64,000 bases of DNA from Babesia bigemina. Lineage: Eukaryota. The stretch's first letter is position 1. Each line of letters opens with the position of its first letter. Shown here in pieces: positions 1 to 10,705 of this stretch. The position numbers and the translations under genes are program-made. The DNA lies in NCBI RefSeq assembly GCF_000981445.1, contig NC_027217.1, positions 2,728,001 to 2,792,000 of the forward strand. The letters are read 5' to 3'. Under the pieces are notes generated by a model, which saw only the letters and a list, made by a program, of their open reading frames with translations, was not told the origin of the DNA and made no database searches.

Positions 1-101
1 CAGATGAGGTCCACTTCGTCGCTCCGCAGCAGCTCAGTCAGCTCCAAGGATTGCAGAGCACGAATCCTGAATTTCTCAACCGCGTCGTCTGTGGAAGACA
101 T
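1..101 (-). CDS. 5' end of a hypothetical protein running off the left edge (MSSTDDAVEKFRIRALQSLELTELLRSDEVDLI...)
   Basis: Open minus-strand frame from ATG at 101 to the window edge with protein-like composition; no family recognised. Confidence 0.4.
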   Translation of the reverse strand, partial: MSSTDDAVEKFRIRALQSLELTELLRSDEVDLI

Positions 102-181
102 ACCGGAAGTGTCGCCAATCGCTCACCACATCAGTACAGCGTGGATCACGCAGCGCGACGACGGCAGTCGAACTCGCCACG

Positions 182-875
182 ATGGCAGTAACGCTGCACA
201 CATCGCACGGAGACATCAAGCTAGAGCTGCATTGTCGCGAGACACCGAAAACGTGCAAGGTTAGAGCCGGCCGTTTTAAGCCAACAGCCTGCAGAACTTC
301 CTGGCGCTCTGCGCATCGGATTACTACACAGGGCTAACATTCCACAGGTAGTCCGATTAGACAGCGTATTGGCGTCAATTTGGTGCAGGAATATAAAGGG
401 ATTCCTCGTCCAGGGCGGAGATCCCACCGGCAAGGGGAAGGGCGGCGAGAGCATCTATGGCGGACTCTTCGAGGACGAGATAGTCGGCCACCTCAAGGTA
501 CGCAGTAGCAGAGGCCTTTAACGTCGCGCAGCATGACAAGAGGGGCGTTGTGTCCATGGCAAACCTGGGAAAGCCTAATACAAACGGCTCGCAGTTCTTC
601 ATCACGTATGCCAAGCAGCCCCAGCTCAACGGCGCCTACACCGTCTTCGGAAGGTAGCTGCAAGCTGAATAGAGTGGTAACATGTATGCAGGGTTATAGA
701 TGGGATGGATGCGCTGGCCAAGATGGAGAGCGGTGAGTTTAGACATCATGCAACCGCAATGCGTGCAGAACCCGTTGGCGAGAAGTATCGGCCGACCAAC
801 CCTATTACCATACAGAAAGTCACTATCCACGCCAACCCAATCGCAGAGAGTGAAGCTTCGGAGGAGACGAAGTGA
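182..875 (+). CDS. PPIL3: Cyclophilin-type peptidyl-prolyl isomerase, PPIL3-like (multi-exon)
   Basis: Splicing short GT-AG introns (first 260-294) gives [16 protein letters not shown]...[11 protein letters not shown]...[27 protein letters not shown]...RGVVSMAN...[11 protein letters not shown]...YTVFGRVIDG...VTIHANP; TGA at 873-875. Confidence 0.92.
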
Positions 876-1205
876 AACAAGTTGATGCATGCCGGGTCGG
901 CTGCCAACTACGCTGCTGGCACGTGCCACAGAATCCCCTCTCAACACAAACTTTTCAGCTAATGGTCATCGCACTAATGAGTGAGACGGCGTCCTTCTGC
1001 TAGTCGTGATGTGCGTAGTCCATGGTAACCGTATTGCACGTCTACCTCGTGTTGCACCATCCCACGGATGCATCATGTGAACACGCTAACACACGTTGCT
1101 GATCAATTACGGATCCTGATGCGGAATCACACCATATCCGGGTACACTGCAAACGACACGGGCGTTGGAAAGGTAGCCACGCAGCGCTTTACAAAATATA
1201 TCACA

Positions 1206-3004
1206 TTAAAAAATGCGCTGGCGCAAAATGTGCACAATGTACGCGAGTATCGGTACTAGGGCCATAAGCACCACGGCCAGCGGCCACCGCTTAAAGCTCT
1301 TGATGATGACGTAAAAATCGGCGCCACTGGACGCCAGCTTGTCCTCTAAAAACACGACGTCCGTCACCGGCAGCTGGTGCCGCTGCTCCAGCATGACGCA
1401 CTGCAGCGAACGCGTGGTGTACACGCCGACGGCACCAGTGCCGAACCCCAGGGCGAAGTGTCTGTCGTCCACACCCAAGGACATGCAACTGCAGGCGGCC
1501 CTGCCGACGCTCGCGCTTTTCACGAGCATCAAGTTGCCCGACTCGGCATTGTAGCGCCACATGCTGACGACGCAGTCCGTGGGTTTACGGGGCTCCCACT
1601 CCACAGTCAGCATCTGGTAATGCCCGTCGCGGCAGTTGGAGTTGACGAACCGGCCGAACTTGAACCGCATGGAACTGCGGCGCTTGCACAGGAATTTGGG
1701 TGGCGACAGCTGGTAAAACACCATCTGCTCGCGTGAGATCGACAGCGCCATCTTACCGTCGTGGGCAATGTCACAATCGGTGATCTCGTTGTCGTGGCAC
1801 TTGTACTCCACCAGCTTCAGAGCCACGTTGCTCGGATGCGGGCTGTCGCAGTGGCGGTGCGGAGTGTCGGAGTCCGTGTAAAAATCGGTCTGATCGGTTC
1901 TGCTCGGCGTTCCTTCCGATGACGTGCTCGGTCTGCCAGCACTGCCACCCTCGGAGAGCAAGGGGCGCCCATCAGCTATACCCGACTCCTCCGTCGGCCT
2001 CCGTTCATCTGCCTCAGATGGGTTGTTTTCCTCGTTTTCACCCCCAACGGAATTCGAATCAAGTACGATAGAGCTTTCGCCGGTGATTGAGGACACGTCT
2101 CCGGATGATGTGTCACTCCTCGAGATATCGGCGGATGCCGAGGCGGCACCTTCCATGGGCGCGGCGGACTCCAACGACGAGCACACCAGGTCGTGGTCAA
2201 CAGCAGAATCACCAACGATTCCAGTCGACGGGTTGGATTCGTTGAGTCCAGTCAATTCGCCGGGCGTCGACAGGGCGAAACCGGATGTGGAATCATCCGG
2301 CATCGCCGAAGGACGTGACTCTGGGCTGTCACTGTTCATTGGGGACATGCCGTATTCCGCGTCCCCTGGCGTGACGTCGTACGTAAGCACTAAGTCGTCA
2401 GTGTACCCGAGTGGCGGGTGCTTGTTGCTGTCCGGGTCGTCCTCCATCTCTGCCACCTTCTCGAGGAAGCTGTCGGTCAGACCCCAAATGCGAACTGTTC
2501 CGTCGCTGTTTCCAGTGACAAACATATCCACGCCTGCGCAGAAACGAGCTGCCGTCTGCTGCGGTTCGTCCTTGCTCCGAGCGACTATCACGCGCCCGTA
2601 GATACGCACGCCCCTCGTTTGGCAGGTCGTGAAGAACACGGTGCTCTGGCCACACGCACCCATCCACAGGTCATGCTGCGATATTAAGATGCCACACGAC
2701 GAGCGCTCACCATTGGGATGTGCTGTACAGTGTCCAAAATGCCCAGTTTGTCATTGCTGGAGGCCGCCAGGCTCATATCGGTCCTCCTTCCGGCGCAAGT
2801 TACCTTGTGGAACTCCTGAAAAAACACATATAGAGTGTGGACTAACTGAACATACCACGCAGTCCTTGATGCCGTACTCCTTCCCGCCTCCGCCGCCGGA
2901 GGTGACGAGGTATCGCCCATCCGTCGCCATCTGCGCCGTGTCAAGAGGCCACGCGCAACACCTACCGAGTAGACGGGGTACGACAGCAGCTTGACGGTAC
3001 CCAT
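1206..3004 (-). CDS. SEC12: SEC12/PREB-like WD40 guanine-nucleotide exchange factor for Sar1, with C-terminal transmembrane anchor (multi-exon 5' end)
   Basis: N-terminal YPVYSV...LVTSGGGGGKEYGI motif after splicing; WD repeats (VTGNSDGTVRIW, HQLPVTDVVF, SSGADF); Ser/acidic insert; C-terminal hydrophobic helix WPLAVVLMALVPILAYIV. Confidence 0.75.
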
Positions 3005-3507
3005 CGTGACAAAACTACAGATGCCAATTACGTCGTGTCCGGCGTAATTTTAGGCCGACGAAAGGCGCAAATAGCGCCGCAGCGCGAAATCAAAAGCGCT
3101 GTCCAAGGTTACACCTAAAACCCGGTCAATACTGGCAGGTGTTAATATCCGTTATTTCAATCTTTTTAAAATGTGAGTGTCGAACAACACAGGCGAGCAG
3201 GTGGCACGAAAATTCCGACGCGTTGCTCAACCTGTCCCCAAGAGGAAAACGGGGGACGTGGAAAATCGCAGCACCGAACTGTGCGAAGATTCTTCCCGTA
3301 ATTTAGTGTACCTGCGGGTCTGCATCCTCGTTACGCTGCTGCTGTCTAACGTATGGGTGAATAAGAGCCGATGCTGGCGGTACCTGAGTAACACTAACAT
3401 CCGATACGGCAGTGGAAAACGGCCTGAATCGGTAGATGTGTGGCGTCCCGCCTTTCGATATACGCATAATGCGTGTAATTATGGCCGTAACGGCGTAGTG
3501 GCACGCC

Positions 3508-5805
3508 ATGAGCGAGGATCGGCGCTCGCGGATCGCGCCACCATGGGCCACCGACTCCCGTACCTTGCTCGCTCTCATAGCGCTGCAAGGATTCCTGCTG
3601 CGCCTTTTCTCAGCAGTTAAGCATGAGGTGGTGCTGCACGAATACGACCCCTATTTCAACTACCAGTGCGCCAAGTTCATGCTTAGACACGGCCTACGCA
3701 ACTTCTGGAAGTCGTTCGACGATGGTGGGTGAACCGGCCCGGAGATCCACAGACGCGCTCAGGCAGCTGGTACCCGTTCGGCCGGGCGGTGGGACAGACT
3801 GTCTACCCTGGACTCATGCTCGCAGCCTACGCCGCCCATCAAGCGCTGCAGTACATCGGCGTAGACGTTGACCTCAAGACAGTCTGTGTCTTCCTGCCCG
3901 CTGTTCTCAGCGCTGGCACGGTGTATGCAGTGTACCTCCTGGCAAAGGAAATATCGCATAATGAGTGCGTTGCCGTCACCAGCGCGTTCTTCGTCGGGCC
4001 CATGCCGGCGCTGGTGTCACGCACAACGGCAGGTACGCAACCAGCGGACCAACACAACTCACGCACCGCAGGCGCCTTCGACAACGAAGCAGTGGCCATC
4101 ATGCTCATGGTGATGTCGCTTTACGCATGGTTGCGGGCGGTGCGCGACGCATCGATAGCGAGGTCGGCGGGGGCGGCAGTGACCACGTTCCTCATGGCGC
4201 TATCGTGGGGTGGATACGTTTTCGTGGTGAACGCCATAGCCGCCTTCACGTTGGCAGCAGTGCTGCTGCGGGCTAGCGCCGAGAGCGTATGCGCCGTGTA
4301 CATCGTCTACCACGCTCTGACCGTTGCGCTCTGCTTCTCTGTTCCCATGATATCAAATGCCGTCCTCGGCACCATGGAAATGAGGCTGCCACACATAGTC
4401 TTCTCTCTGGCAATCACAACACTCAGCGTTTCTTACACCACGAAACGGTGGCTTAGATGTCGGCCTGCCAACGTCGGGAACGGAGAGCAACCGCCTGCCA
4501 CCAATCGGGGGGAGGGGACGCACGGCGCAAAGGAAGCAGTAGACGGGGTGGAGAGTGCTAATGAGCGCGCGAGATTCAACTGGGCTATCGCGCTGGGTCC
4601 AGCGGCGGCCGCCGTCTGGCTCATATTAGTCGGGAGATATCACGAGAGCGAGTCCTCACTCACAGCCAGGCTGCTCGCACTCCTCAAGCCAGGCAACGCC
4701 ACGTCCGCGAATCCGCTCGTCGCGTCTATATCGGAGCACCAGCCCACCAAATGGTAAGCACGAGTGCCTCCGGTTCATGGGGGTTTTCAGGAAGAGCATG
4801 GTGCTCGACTTCTGGGTCACACTCATCTACAACCCGATCGGGCTCTTGGCCTGCTTCAAAAACGGGATAGAGATAGGGTACCTCGCGCTCGCCATATATG
4901 GAGTGGTGTCTTCGTATTTCGCATCGGCCATGGTGAGGTTGGGGCTCATATTCGCCCCGGCAGCTGCAATACTCAGCGGATTGGGGTTATCCTACACAAT
5001 GGAGGGGTGCGCGCTCAACAGAAAGGTATCAGCACGCTATGCTCGTACATATGGTGATGCAGAATCGCGCCGCTTCCGTAGCGTTGACGGTCGTTACCGG
5101 CGTCATCATGATGAGTTACGTCACACATTGCACATGGGTGGCATCCACGATATACTCAAACCCCAATGTAGTCGCGTCCTGGCGCTCTCAAAACGGAGAG
5201 AGACTTGTAGCCGACGATTTCAGGGATGCATACAGCTGGATTAGACACAACACGCCACGGGACGCGGTGGTCATGGCATGGTGGGACTACGGCTACCAGC
5301 TGCGACAGATGGCCAACCGCACCGTCCTCACCGACAACAACACGTCAAACTACCACCAGATTGCACTCACGGCGATGGTAGGTTACGAAGCGATTTGCAG
5401 CAACTGTCTCAGATATTCGCGTCAGAGGAGGAGCATGCACATAGGATGCTGCGGGACCTTAATGTGCATTACGTGATGGTGGTGTACGGCGGAGTCGCTA
5501 AGTACGCCACGGACGACGTTAGCAAGTTCGGCTGGATGACACGGATCGCTTCGACGGAGTTCCCACAGGTGCATCACTCCAGATTCAAGGGTGAGCAGGG
5601 AGAAAAATACTGGAGGCGCACACTGCTCTACAAGCTATGTTACCACGGAGTATTGCAGGTGGCGGCGAACGACAACGTACGAGGCAAACCATTGCCCAAT
5701 GAGCCCATAGAACTGACTCACTTCACGGAAGTCATGACGTCTGAAAACTGGGTAGTCAGAGTGTACCGTGTGAACGGCGAGGTCGAGCAGGACAGCGGAT
5801 TCTAG
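3508..5805 (+). CDS. STT3: Oligosaccharyltransferase catalytic subunit STT3 (multi-exon)
   Basis: HEYDPYFNY, SWYPFGR..G.TVYPGL, AGAFDNEAVAI, SISEHQPT, WWDYGYQ, DNNT and DxxK (DVSKFGWM) motifs; many TM segments; short introns, e.g. 4033-4071. Confidence 0.95.
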
Positions 5806-6518
5806 CGGTAGACAGCGCTTTTGCATCACTATCGTTTCATCTAGTGGCATCACACCATTTGAAAGGCGCGAATGCGGCGACAGCAAACTCGGATGGTCCG
5901 CGCTATCCCCCATAGCACGAGCCTTCCGGAGCGCACTAGGCGGATGGACCCGCTCACCATGAGTCACTGCAGCTAATTTCGTGTCTTCCTTTTCGCCAGA
6001 GTTACTGGACGCCATCAGACGTTCAACGTCTAAATCGGTGATCGGCGCGGACGGAGCTCTATTCGCGACGACCCGTGGCTACGAAAGAAATACGGTGCTG
6101 GTAGGCAGTGGAGCTATACATTACTGCATTAAGAAAACAAAACTCGTGATACAAGTGCTACTGCGTGCGGATCTTTGTTGAAGCCTGCAACAGACGCGAC
6201 GCAACGTGCACATACGAGTTACGGACGATTGACTCGTGTGTGAATACCCAATCAAGTCCCTAAACAGGTCTTGACCCCGTGGAAACGTGCAGCCATTAGG
6301 CTCTAAAAATAAGCCAATCACCAAGGGAGACTTAGGAAGAGGGACCAAAACTCCTCAAGACTTCCGCGTCCCTCACGCTGCAATTCAAATTGAGGGTTAA
6401 AAAGTTTAAACCATTTCTACTCTTCGGGGGTGCAGGCTTACCTCGGCCCACCTCGGTGGAAATCAACACTAGCGTGAAACACGTAATCGGACCAGCACTC
6501 CGGGCACTGAAAGGCACG

Positions 6519-8138
6519 ATGAGCAGCAAGGATACCAAGCAGCAGTCGGCTTGCCTCTGCTACCACTGCAGGGTGAAGCATAGTGAAAAGACCTGCTTTG
6601 CTGACGAGGGTGATGTCTACCATGATGCCGCGCACATCGAAGAAGCCAAGGCCTTCTGGCAGGTCATCAGCGACCAGGTGGTCAAGGAGAAGAACCGAGC
6701 GCAGGCATTGGCCTCGATTGTCTCCTCGAAGGTGATGGAGATCGTGAAGTTCCTAGGCAACGCATTCGTCGATATTCCACTCGATATGGAGCACAGCACC
6801 GAGGTGCAGGCCGACCTGTTCGCCATGCCGGAGAGCATCCGTATGTGCTCAGACTGCCACTGCTTCTTCTCCAGGAAGGCCAAGTGCCACTGCACAAAAT
6901 GTATGGGTGAAGACTATCGCAGCCACTACGTCATTCTCATGCACGGCGTCATCGCCGAGCCCTTCTGCATGGCGTACGTCGCGCAGGCGTTGATGAGCAA
7001 CTACCCCAATCTGTTCATCTACTTCCCCCACAAGATCGCCGGCAAAAGTCTCGTCGGACTGGAGCTCGTGCTCCAGATGTACTCGTCAGAGCTGCTCGAG
7101 CTGTTCGCCAAGATACCCAAAAAGATCAAGCTCAGTGTCATCGGGCACTCGTTCGGAGGCATCATTCTGCGCACGTGGCTGTTCTACTACCACCGGAAAA
7201 CCCCCGGAGTGTACTTGCCGAAGGAGCCCACGCCAGACGAAGAGAAGAAGGAAGGTGCGCCCGAGGTACAACATGACACACCAGCAGGGCCGTACGAGCC
7301 GCCGGAGATCCAGTGGTGCAACTACATCAGTTTCGCGTCCCCGCATTCCGGTATCTACGAGAACAATGCAGCCTTCAGGAAGGTCATCAGCCTTGCTGGC
7401 TCCAAGTCTATCGACGAACTGGACAACCAGTCGGTGGACCTCCTGCTGCTGGTCAGCAAGGAGGGCCTGGAGGGCTTGAAGAAGTTCCAGAACATGATAG
7501 TCTACGGAAACCTCTGGGGCGATCACCTGGTCGCGCCGCGCACCTCCATGCTCCTGCCGAGGTACAGGATCAACTCCACGATGATCAAGGCCTTCACCAA
7601 AATTGGCGAAGAAAACCCCGGCGAGCCGCACGCAATTCTTGACCTCATGTCCAAGTACGATGGTCCGAGGCCAGAGGACGACGTTGGTGACGGCGTGGAG
7701 TCGGCGGTGAACAGGGAGGAGGCCGTCGACAAACTGGTTAAGGCCTTCTACGCGAGGGTCGCCAAGGTCATCCTCAAGACTTCCCACGTCAACAAGTTGC
7801 TGTTCGACTCGGACAAGCCAATTGTGGAGGGCGACGACGACGCCGTTTGCCGCCAGGTCCTTTCCGAGGAGGACATCAACACCTTCACGAAGATCATATC
7901 CGACATCGTGGTCAAGGCCTCCGACAAGCTCATGGGAAGGCTGCTCGGCAAGACCGACCTGCTCTACCAGGAGGTGCTGCTGACGGCTCTGTGGGAACTC
8001 ACGCCCTACAAGTTCGCCGTATATATGCCCATCATGTGCATGCCACACAAAAGCATCGTAACCCCCATGGATATCCAAGCTTACGACAAGCTCACCAACA
8101 AGGTCCTGACCCACGCCGCCGCCCGTTTCGTAGCCTAA
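6519..8138 (+). CDS. Alpha/beta-hydrolase, DUF676 putative serine esterase/lipase family, with Cys/His-rich N-terminal region
   Basis: Intronless ORF; VILMHGV oxyanion motif, SVIGHSFGG nucleophile elbow, FASPHSG and GDHLV motifs; first ATG at 6519. Confidence 0.75.
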   Translation: MSSKDTKQQSACLCYHCRVKHSEKTCFADEGDVYHDAAHIEEAKAFWQVISDQVVKEKNRAQALASIVSSKVMEIVKFLGNAFVDIPLDMEHSTEVQADLFAMPESIRMCSDCHCFFSRKAKCHCTKCMGEDYRSHYVILMHGVIAEPFCMAYVAQALMSNYPNLFIYFPHKIAGKSLVGLELVLQMYSSELLELFAKIPKKIKLSVIGHSFGGIILRTWLFYYHRKTPGVYLPKEPTPDEEKKEGAPEVQHDTPAGPYEPPEIQWCNYISFASPHSGIYENNAAFRKVISLAGSKSIDELDNQSVDLLLLVSKEGLEGLKKFQNMIVYGNLWGDHLVAPRTSMLLPRYRINSTMIKAFTKIGEENPGEPHAILDLMSKYDGPRPEDDVGDGVESAVNREEAVDKLVKAFYARVAKVILKTSHVNKLLFDSDKPIVEGDDDAVCRQVLSEEDINTFTKIISDIVVKASDKLMGRLLGKTDLLYQEVLLTALWELTPYKFAVYMPIMCMPHKSIVTPMDIQAYDKLTNKVLTHAAARFVA

Positions 8139-8346
8139 AATGCTGTCCATGTAATCATACAGATAACATAAATTCTTAATTGTCTGAGTCATTCTTTCCT
8201 TTGCGGGAGCGTTAAAAGTAAGGGGCGCTGACAAGTGCAGCTTCCAGACTTCGCGCATTTTGCAGCGGTAACACAGTTTGCCGCTATTACGGCCTTAAAT
8301 CTCGTCTGCACGACCCCCTGGTGCACAACTCCGGGTTACAAGCGGC

Positions 8347-10439
8347 TTAGGCGGAACCCGCGAAGAGCGAAAGCAGTTTCGTCGTGGAGTACGAAATCTG
8401 CCCTTCCTTCTCCACCGAGGCCCAGTCGGAGTGCCTGGCCTTGAAGTAGCCGCGGATGTCGCTGGCGAGCACCTTGCCAAGCTCGACGCCCATCTGGTCG
8501 AACGAGTTGATGCCCCAAAGGAAGCCCTGCACGGCCACGCGGTGCTCGTAGAGCGCGACCAGGGCGCCGACGGTGTAGGGAGTGGCTTCCTCGAACAGCA
8601 TCACCGCAGAGGGGCGGTTGCCGCTGCAGGCCTTGTGCGCCACCAGGTGGGCACTGCATCCCGCAGCCTGCAGTTGCGCTGGGGTCCTGCCGTACGCAAG
8701 CGCGTCGGGCTGCGCGAAGAAGTTGGCCATCAGCTCCTCGTGGAACGTCACGCCGTTCTCAGCCACGTCGCGGTTGTCGCTTCGGATGAAACCGATGAAC
8801 TCCGAGGGGACCACGCGGCCCTGGTGCAGCAGCTGGTAGAAGCTGTGCTGGCCGTTGGTGCCGCTCTCACCGAAATAGATCTCGCCAGTACCATAGCTCA
8901 ACTTGTCACCGTTCATGCGCACCGATTTGCCGTTGCTTTCCATGCAGAGTTGCTGGATGTAGCGCGGAAACAGGCACAGGTCCTCGCTGTACGGCAGAAG
9001 GGCGACGCAGTCCAGGCCGAGCACCGTGGAGTTGTAGAAGCTGGCCAGGGCGAGAAGCACGGGCATGTTGTCGTCGAGGGGCGTCTGGCGGAAGTGCTCG
9101 TCCATCATGCGAGCGCCAGACAAGAATTGCTCAGCGATGTCGAAACCGAAGTGGATGGCGAGTGGGAGCATGCCGACAGCGGAAGATACGCTGAATCGGC
9201 CACCCTAACAAAGCTGACTGCTACACATCAAAAACATACCACCCAGTCCCAGAAGCCGAAGACGTGCGAATCGTCAATGCCGAAGTCCTTGGTCAACTTG
9301 AGGTTGGTGCTGATGGCGCAGAGGTGGTCGCCTGCGCAAACTGACGGGGGCACAAGCTAACAACTCACCAAATTTGGACGGGTCGGCGATGTTAGACTGG
9401 AGCCAGTCGCGAGCTACCACTGCATTCTTCATGGTCTCGGCAGTAGTGAACGTCTTCGAAATTACGATTACCTGGGAAGGGATGAGACACCGAATATACT
9501 CAGTGATTCACAGGATCGACACAATGAATTATGCACAAACACATCAGCATGACTACGCCGCAAACCACACATAGAGATGCACATTTACTCCTGACGGTCA
9601 CACATGGGCACAACGGGGTGGCGGTATGTCGATTGCAGCGACGCAGCTCAGCACATAGAGAGCTAACAAGCAACGCCGCAACCTTTAGTTTCCCTGTGCA
9701 AAAAAACGGCAGATGGCATGCATCTCCGTGGAACACACAGGTTTTAATACGCGTGTCACGCAACAGTATATGAAGTGGCACGCACCATCGTCCTGTTGGC
9801 GTCGAGGCCCTCAGTCGCGATACGAAAACCAGCCGGGTCCACATTGGCCAGGAAGCGAATTTTGCGTCCCTCGCATTCACGACGTGCCGACGACGAGGCC
9901 ATGAACGCCTGCGCAGCGAATGCGATACCGAGGTAGGAACCGCCAATGCCAATGCAAAGCAGGGAGTCGAACGGCTTCCCGTCCGAGGCGACAATAGAAC
10001 CTTTGCGGACACGGTTGGAAAACTCCTTGATGCTGTCCAGCACGCTGTAAACGTCGGCGACCACGTCGCTGCCGTCCACAGTTAAGGACGTGCCACGAGC
10101 AGCACGCAGTGCGCTGTGCAACACGGAACGACCCTCAGTGCCATTCAAAATTCCTCCACTGAACAGCATTTCGATCTTCTTGGGCACATTCATCTCATGG
10201 CAGAGAGATAGCAGGGCGTCTAACGTCGCGGAATCTATCAGCTGCCTGGAGAGGTCCAAAGTTACCCCTGGCACGTATGAGCAAGCGAACTGACTTTACA
10301 CACCTTTGTAGCTCTTGATTAGACGGTCACAGCGCGAACGGTCGCGCAGAAGCGCGGCCAAATCCGCATTTTTCGCGGCGCTAGACGAGGAAAGCAGCGA
10401 CTTGAATACCGCGGATTCCTCAAGTTTATTAGACAGCAT
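8347..10439 (-). CDS. GPI: Glucose-6-phosphate isomerase (multi-exon; includes a 314-nt intron at 9472-9785)
   Basis: GIGGSYLG, SKTFTTAETM, FWDWVGGRFSV, QQLCMESNGK, GTNGQHSFYQLLHQG and INSFDQMGVELGK motifs. Confidence 0.97.
9624..9743 (-). ncRNA. Intronic box H/ACA sno/scaRNA, candidate U6 pseudouridylation guide
   Basis: In the sense of the host GPI gene: hairpin 1 (CCTGTG...CACAGG, upper stem ACGG-AGATG/CATCT-CCGT), H box AAACTA (9686-9691), hairpin 2 (GGTTGCGGCG/CGCTGCAATC, upper stem TAGCTC/GAGCTG), then ACA plus 3 nt. Both upper stems end 14 nt before their box. Confidence 0.8.
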
Positions 10440-10705
10440 TGTGCCAACCACGAAGCAGAACCCGAGTGTGTAAAGAAAGAATTAGGAGATGTAATTGGTA
10501 TTATGGGCGGGAAACAAGCGAACCTAGTTCACCGTAACGCGACCCCATGGAGCACACACCTCGACCAGAGAGCTATCGGCACGTCAAAGCGCCAGTGTAC
10601 CCATACACATAGTCGGTGTGTAGCCTTAGGCGCTGTATCGGTGAATATCCGAAGAGGCGCGCAGGCGACGATGCTTTTTCCAGCGCCAGACCGCGGCACA
10701 CACTC

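Noticed and set aside
3177..3620. 147-aa ORF upstream of and overlapping STT3
   Set aside because: GTG start, overlaps STT3 exon 1 out of frame, and has no motifs.
9472..9620. Possible C/D snoRNA in the 3' half of the GPI intron
   Set aside because: CTGA boxes are present, but there is no canonical RTGATGA C box and no identifiable target complementarity.
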